The notes under the pieces were generated by a model. The model was not told the DNA's origin. It did no database searches and saw nothing but the letters and a program-made list of their open reading frames with translations. Position numbers and translations under genes: made by a program. Source: Candidatus Spongiisociaceae bacterium (GTDB taxonomy: Bacteria > Actinomycetota > Acidimicrobiia > Spongiisociales > Spongiisociaceae). From it: DNA of 64,000 nt. Below, piece after piece: positions 62,222 to 64,000 of this stretch (position 1 is the first letter of the stretch; each line of letters starts with the position of its first letter). Location of the stretch: positions 3,104,001 to 3,168,000 of the forward strand of contig OZ253564.1 of the NCBI GenBank assembly GCA_965262915.1, given 5' to 3'.

Positions 62222-63049
62222 TTAATGCGCCGGCTCCAGCGACGTTTGTATGTACACCGCAGAGAGCAGGGTGAAGATGTAGGCCTGAAGTACCGCCACC
62301 ACCACCTCGAAGACGAAGATCGCCAAACCGAAGGCGAACCAAACCACTCCTATTCCGGCCTTCGCCCCAATGTTCCCGATGTTGGCCACGAAGATGACAC
62401 CGGAAACCAGCAGGAGCGTGAGCATGAGGTGCCCCGCCACCATGTTGGCGAAGAGCCGCACTGCCAGGGTGATGGGGCGGAGTACGAATATCGACACCAC
62501 ATCGATAATTCCGACCAGCCACCGGAGCGCGATCGGTACGGACTTGGGCCAGATCGTGTCGATGAAGTAGTGCTTGAAGCCGTTCTTGGCGAACCCCACG
62601 ATGACGAACAGGACCCAGGTGACGATGGCGAGGAAACCGGGAAGTGCCATGCGGGAGGTGATCGGGAAGTTGACCAGCGGTGTTACCTCGAAGAGGTTCC
62701 CGACCAGTATGAAGAAGAAGAGCGATAGCAGGTACGGCAGGTACTTGGCACCGTGTTCAACTCCGATCACGCCCTTGGCGATGTCGTCACGTACGAACCC
62801 GACCAGGCTCTCGATCACCAACTCGAACTTGGAGGGAACCACCTGCTGGCGACGGAGCCCGAAGAAAAGCAAGCCAAGAACGATGAGCATCGCGGCGAAT
62901 ATCAGGAACACCGTACGGGTGAAGTGGAACCCGCCGATGGAAAACAGCGGCCTGGTGAACTCGAATAACTCGTTGACGTTGGAAGGAGCGCATATGACCT
63001 CGCCCTCGACGTCGCAACCTGCCACTGCCAGAATCGTCAAGTCACCCAC
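62222..63049 (-). CDS. atpB: ATP synthase F0 subunit a
   Basis: LAVRLFANMVAGH, LQAYIFTLL. Confidence 0.97.
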   Translation of the reverse strand: MGDLTILAVAGCDVEGEVICAPSNVNELFEFTRPLFSIGGFHFTRTVFLIFAAMLIVLGLLFFGLRRQQVVPSKFELVIESLVGFVRDDIAKGVIGVEHGAKYLPYLLSLFFFILVGNLFEVTPLVNFPITSRMALPGFLAIVTWVLFVIVGFAKNGFKHYFIDTIWPKSVPIALRWLVGIIDVVSIFVLRPITLAVRLFANMVAGHLMLTLLLVSGVIFVANIGNIGAKAGIGVVWFAFGLAIFVFEVVVAVLQAYIFTLLSAVYIQTSLEPAH

Positions 63050-63506
63050 GCGACCGGGCTCTCCTTCCCTTAGTTCTTCCGAGTGCCACCGCCTCCCAGA
63101 GCAGCAAGCCGACGTAGGTGGCGATCACAGCCAGCCCGAGCGCCGTCCGATCAACCTCGAACAGGGAGATGACCGCCATCATCGTCGCCGCGATCAAACC
63201 GAGGCGCACGATGAACCCTAGGAGCGCACCGGCATGATAGGCCCCTAGCGACACCCTCGCCAACCACGACATCATGGAGCCGGTGAGCAGGTAGTACCCC
63301 GTAACGATCATCACCCCGATCGCGGCCGCCACCAAGCCGTCGAGGCCTCTGAGCAGACCGAAGAGGGCCAGCATGACCGGACCCACCACTACGGCCCGCC
63401 GGACGATGGACTGTGCCATGAGGAGTTCTACCGCAGGGCGACCGGCAATGTAACGCTCCACCTCCGAGCGTCCCAACCCCTGGGGACCGCGGGTCTCAGC
63501 GGACAC
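63042..63506 (-). CDS. ATP synthase protein I-like membrane protein
   Basis: Four hydrophobic helices directly upstream of atpB. Confidence 0.7.
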   Translation of the reverse strand: MSAETRGPQGLGRSEVERYIAGRPAVELLMAQSIVRRAVVVGPVMLALFGLLRGLDGLVAAAIGVMIVTGYYLLTGSMMSWLARVSLGAYHAGALLGFIVRLGLIAATMMAVISLFEVDRTALGLAVIATYVGLLLWEAVALGRTKGRRARSRG

Positions 63507-63789
63507 TCACCCTCTGCTTCCCGGTTGGCCTTCTCCCCATTTCCCACATCCGGTAGAAGCCGTTCGCCGAACCGACGGTGATCCCGGCCACCAGAAGCCA
63601 CGGCTCCGTGTCGAGCCACCAGTCCGCCAGCCAGCCGAGCAGGGTTCCGGCCATGATCGAACCGAAGAAGGAACCCCCTGCGACCCAGCCGTCCGCAACG
63701 GCCGAGGTGACACCACGGTGCGCCGTCCGGACCGCATCCGCCGGGGCGGTGTCACCACTGGAGCCGCGCTGGCCAACTGACTCGGTCAT
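63496..63789 (-). CDS. AtpZ/AtpI family small membrane protein
   Basis: GTLLGWLADWWLDTEPW; first gene of the atp operon. Confidence 0.82.
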   Translation of the reverse strand: MTESVGQRGSSGDTAPADAVRTAHRGVTSAVADGWVAGGSFFGSIMAGTLLGWLADWWLDTEPWLLVAGITVGSANGFYRMWEMGRRPTGKQRVSVR

Positions 63790-63796
63790 CACCGGC

Positions 63797-63802
63797 ACCC
63801 TA
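63797..63802 (-). promoter_or_regulatory. Putative -10 element (TAGGGT) of a leaderless atp transcript
   Basis: TANNNT hexamer 7 nt upstream of ATG 63789. Confidence 0.5.
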
Positions 63803-63807
63803 CAAGA

Positions 63808-63825
63808 TTGTGATTAGTTTCACAA
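63808..63825. promoter_or_regulatory. Rex operator (alternatively CRP-family site) upstream of the atp operon
   Basis: TTGTGATTAGTTTCACAA matches Rex consensus TTGTGAAnnnnTTCACAA at 13/14 and TGTGA-N6-TCACA fully. Confidence 0.75.
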
Positions 63826-63863
63826 GCTTTCCTGCCGCCCTGGCGTTACCGAAGGTTGAACGA

Positions 63864-64000
63864 TCAGACATGGCCCGGGAAGCCCGGCGGGTACGGAGGG
63901 AAGTCCTCGACCAAGGCCGCCACGTCACGCTGTACCGCTTCCAGTTCATCCTGGTCGGACCGGTTTCGCAGGGCTCGGGCGATCAGGTCCGCCACATGGG
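63864..64000 (-). CDS. glyA: Serine hydroxymethyltransferase, C-terminal fragment (5' end outside window)
   Basis: HVADLIARAL...VQRDVAALVEDFPPY; glyA commonly precedes atp operons. Confidence 0.7.
   Translation of the reverse strand, partial: HVADLIARALRNRSDQDELEAVQRDVAALVEDFPPYPPGFPGHV

Overview
High-GC actinobacterial chromosome segment. Mycothione reductase, homodimeric AceE, a PspC two-component module and apparent leaderless promoters support Actinomycetota; Acidimicrobiia is an inference. Housekeeping genes: arfB, menA, aceE, moaA, mtr, a complete atp operon with a Rex/CRP-type box, and the 3' end of glyA. Accessory content includes seven amidohydrolase-fold enzymes, a peptide/nickel-type ABC importer, a P450, and PLP and TPP enzymes. 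Main highlights: (1) A selenoprotein missed by the ORF track. A GrdB-family gene reads through UGA 8221-8223, with a hairpin 11 nt downstream matching bacterial SECIS geometry. Its motif is UxxGxxS instead of UxxCxxC, its GrdE-like partner lacks the pyruvoyl-forming Cys, and no grdA/C/D is in the window. It lies among a BKACE, a choline-sulfatase, a CoA-transferase and a broken 3-hydroxyacyl-CoA dehydrogenase. (2) A 145-nt rod-shaped, 6S-like RNA candidate after three tad genes. (3) A 188-bp MITE with perfect 15-bp TIRs and a 5-bp TSD that cleanly interrupts an Mrr-type nuclease. (4) Four 23-bp-period repeats upstream of an AAA+/DUF4143 gene. (5) Tandem amidohydrolase paralogs with complementary loss of metal ligands. 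(6) A defence islet (m4C MTase, putative REase, RqlH/RqlI-like pair). (7) Two apparent ATT start codons. No rRNA, tRNA or CRISPR array was recognised. All family calls come from motif recognition by eye, not database searches.
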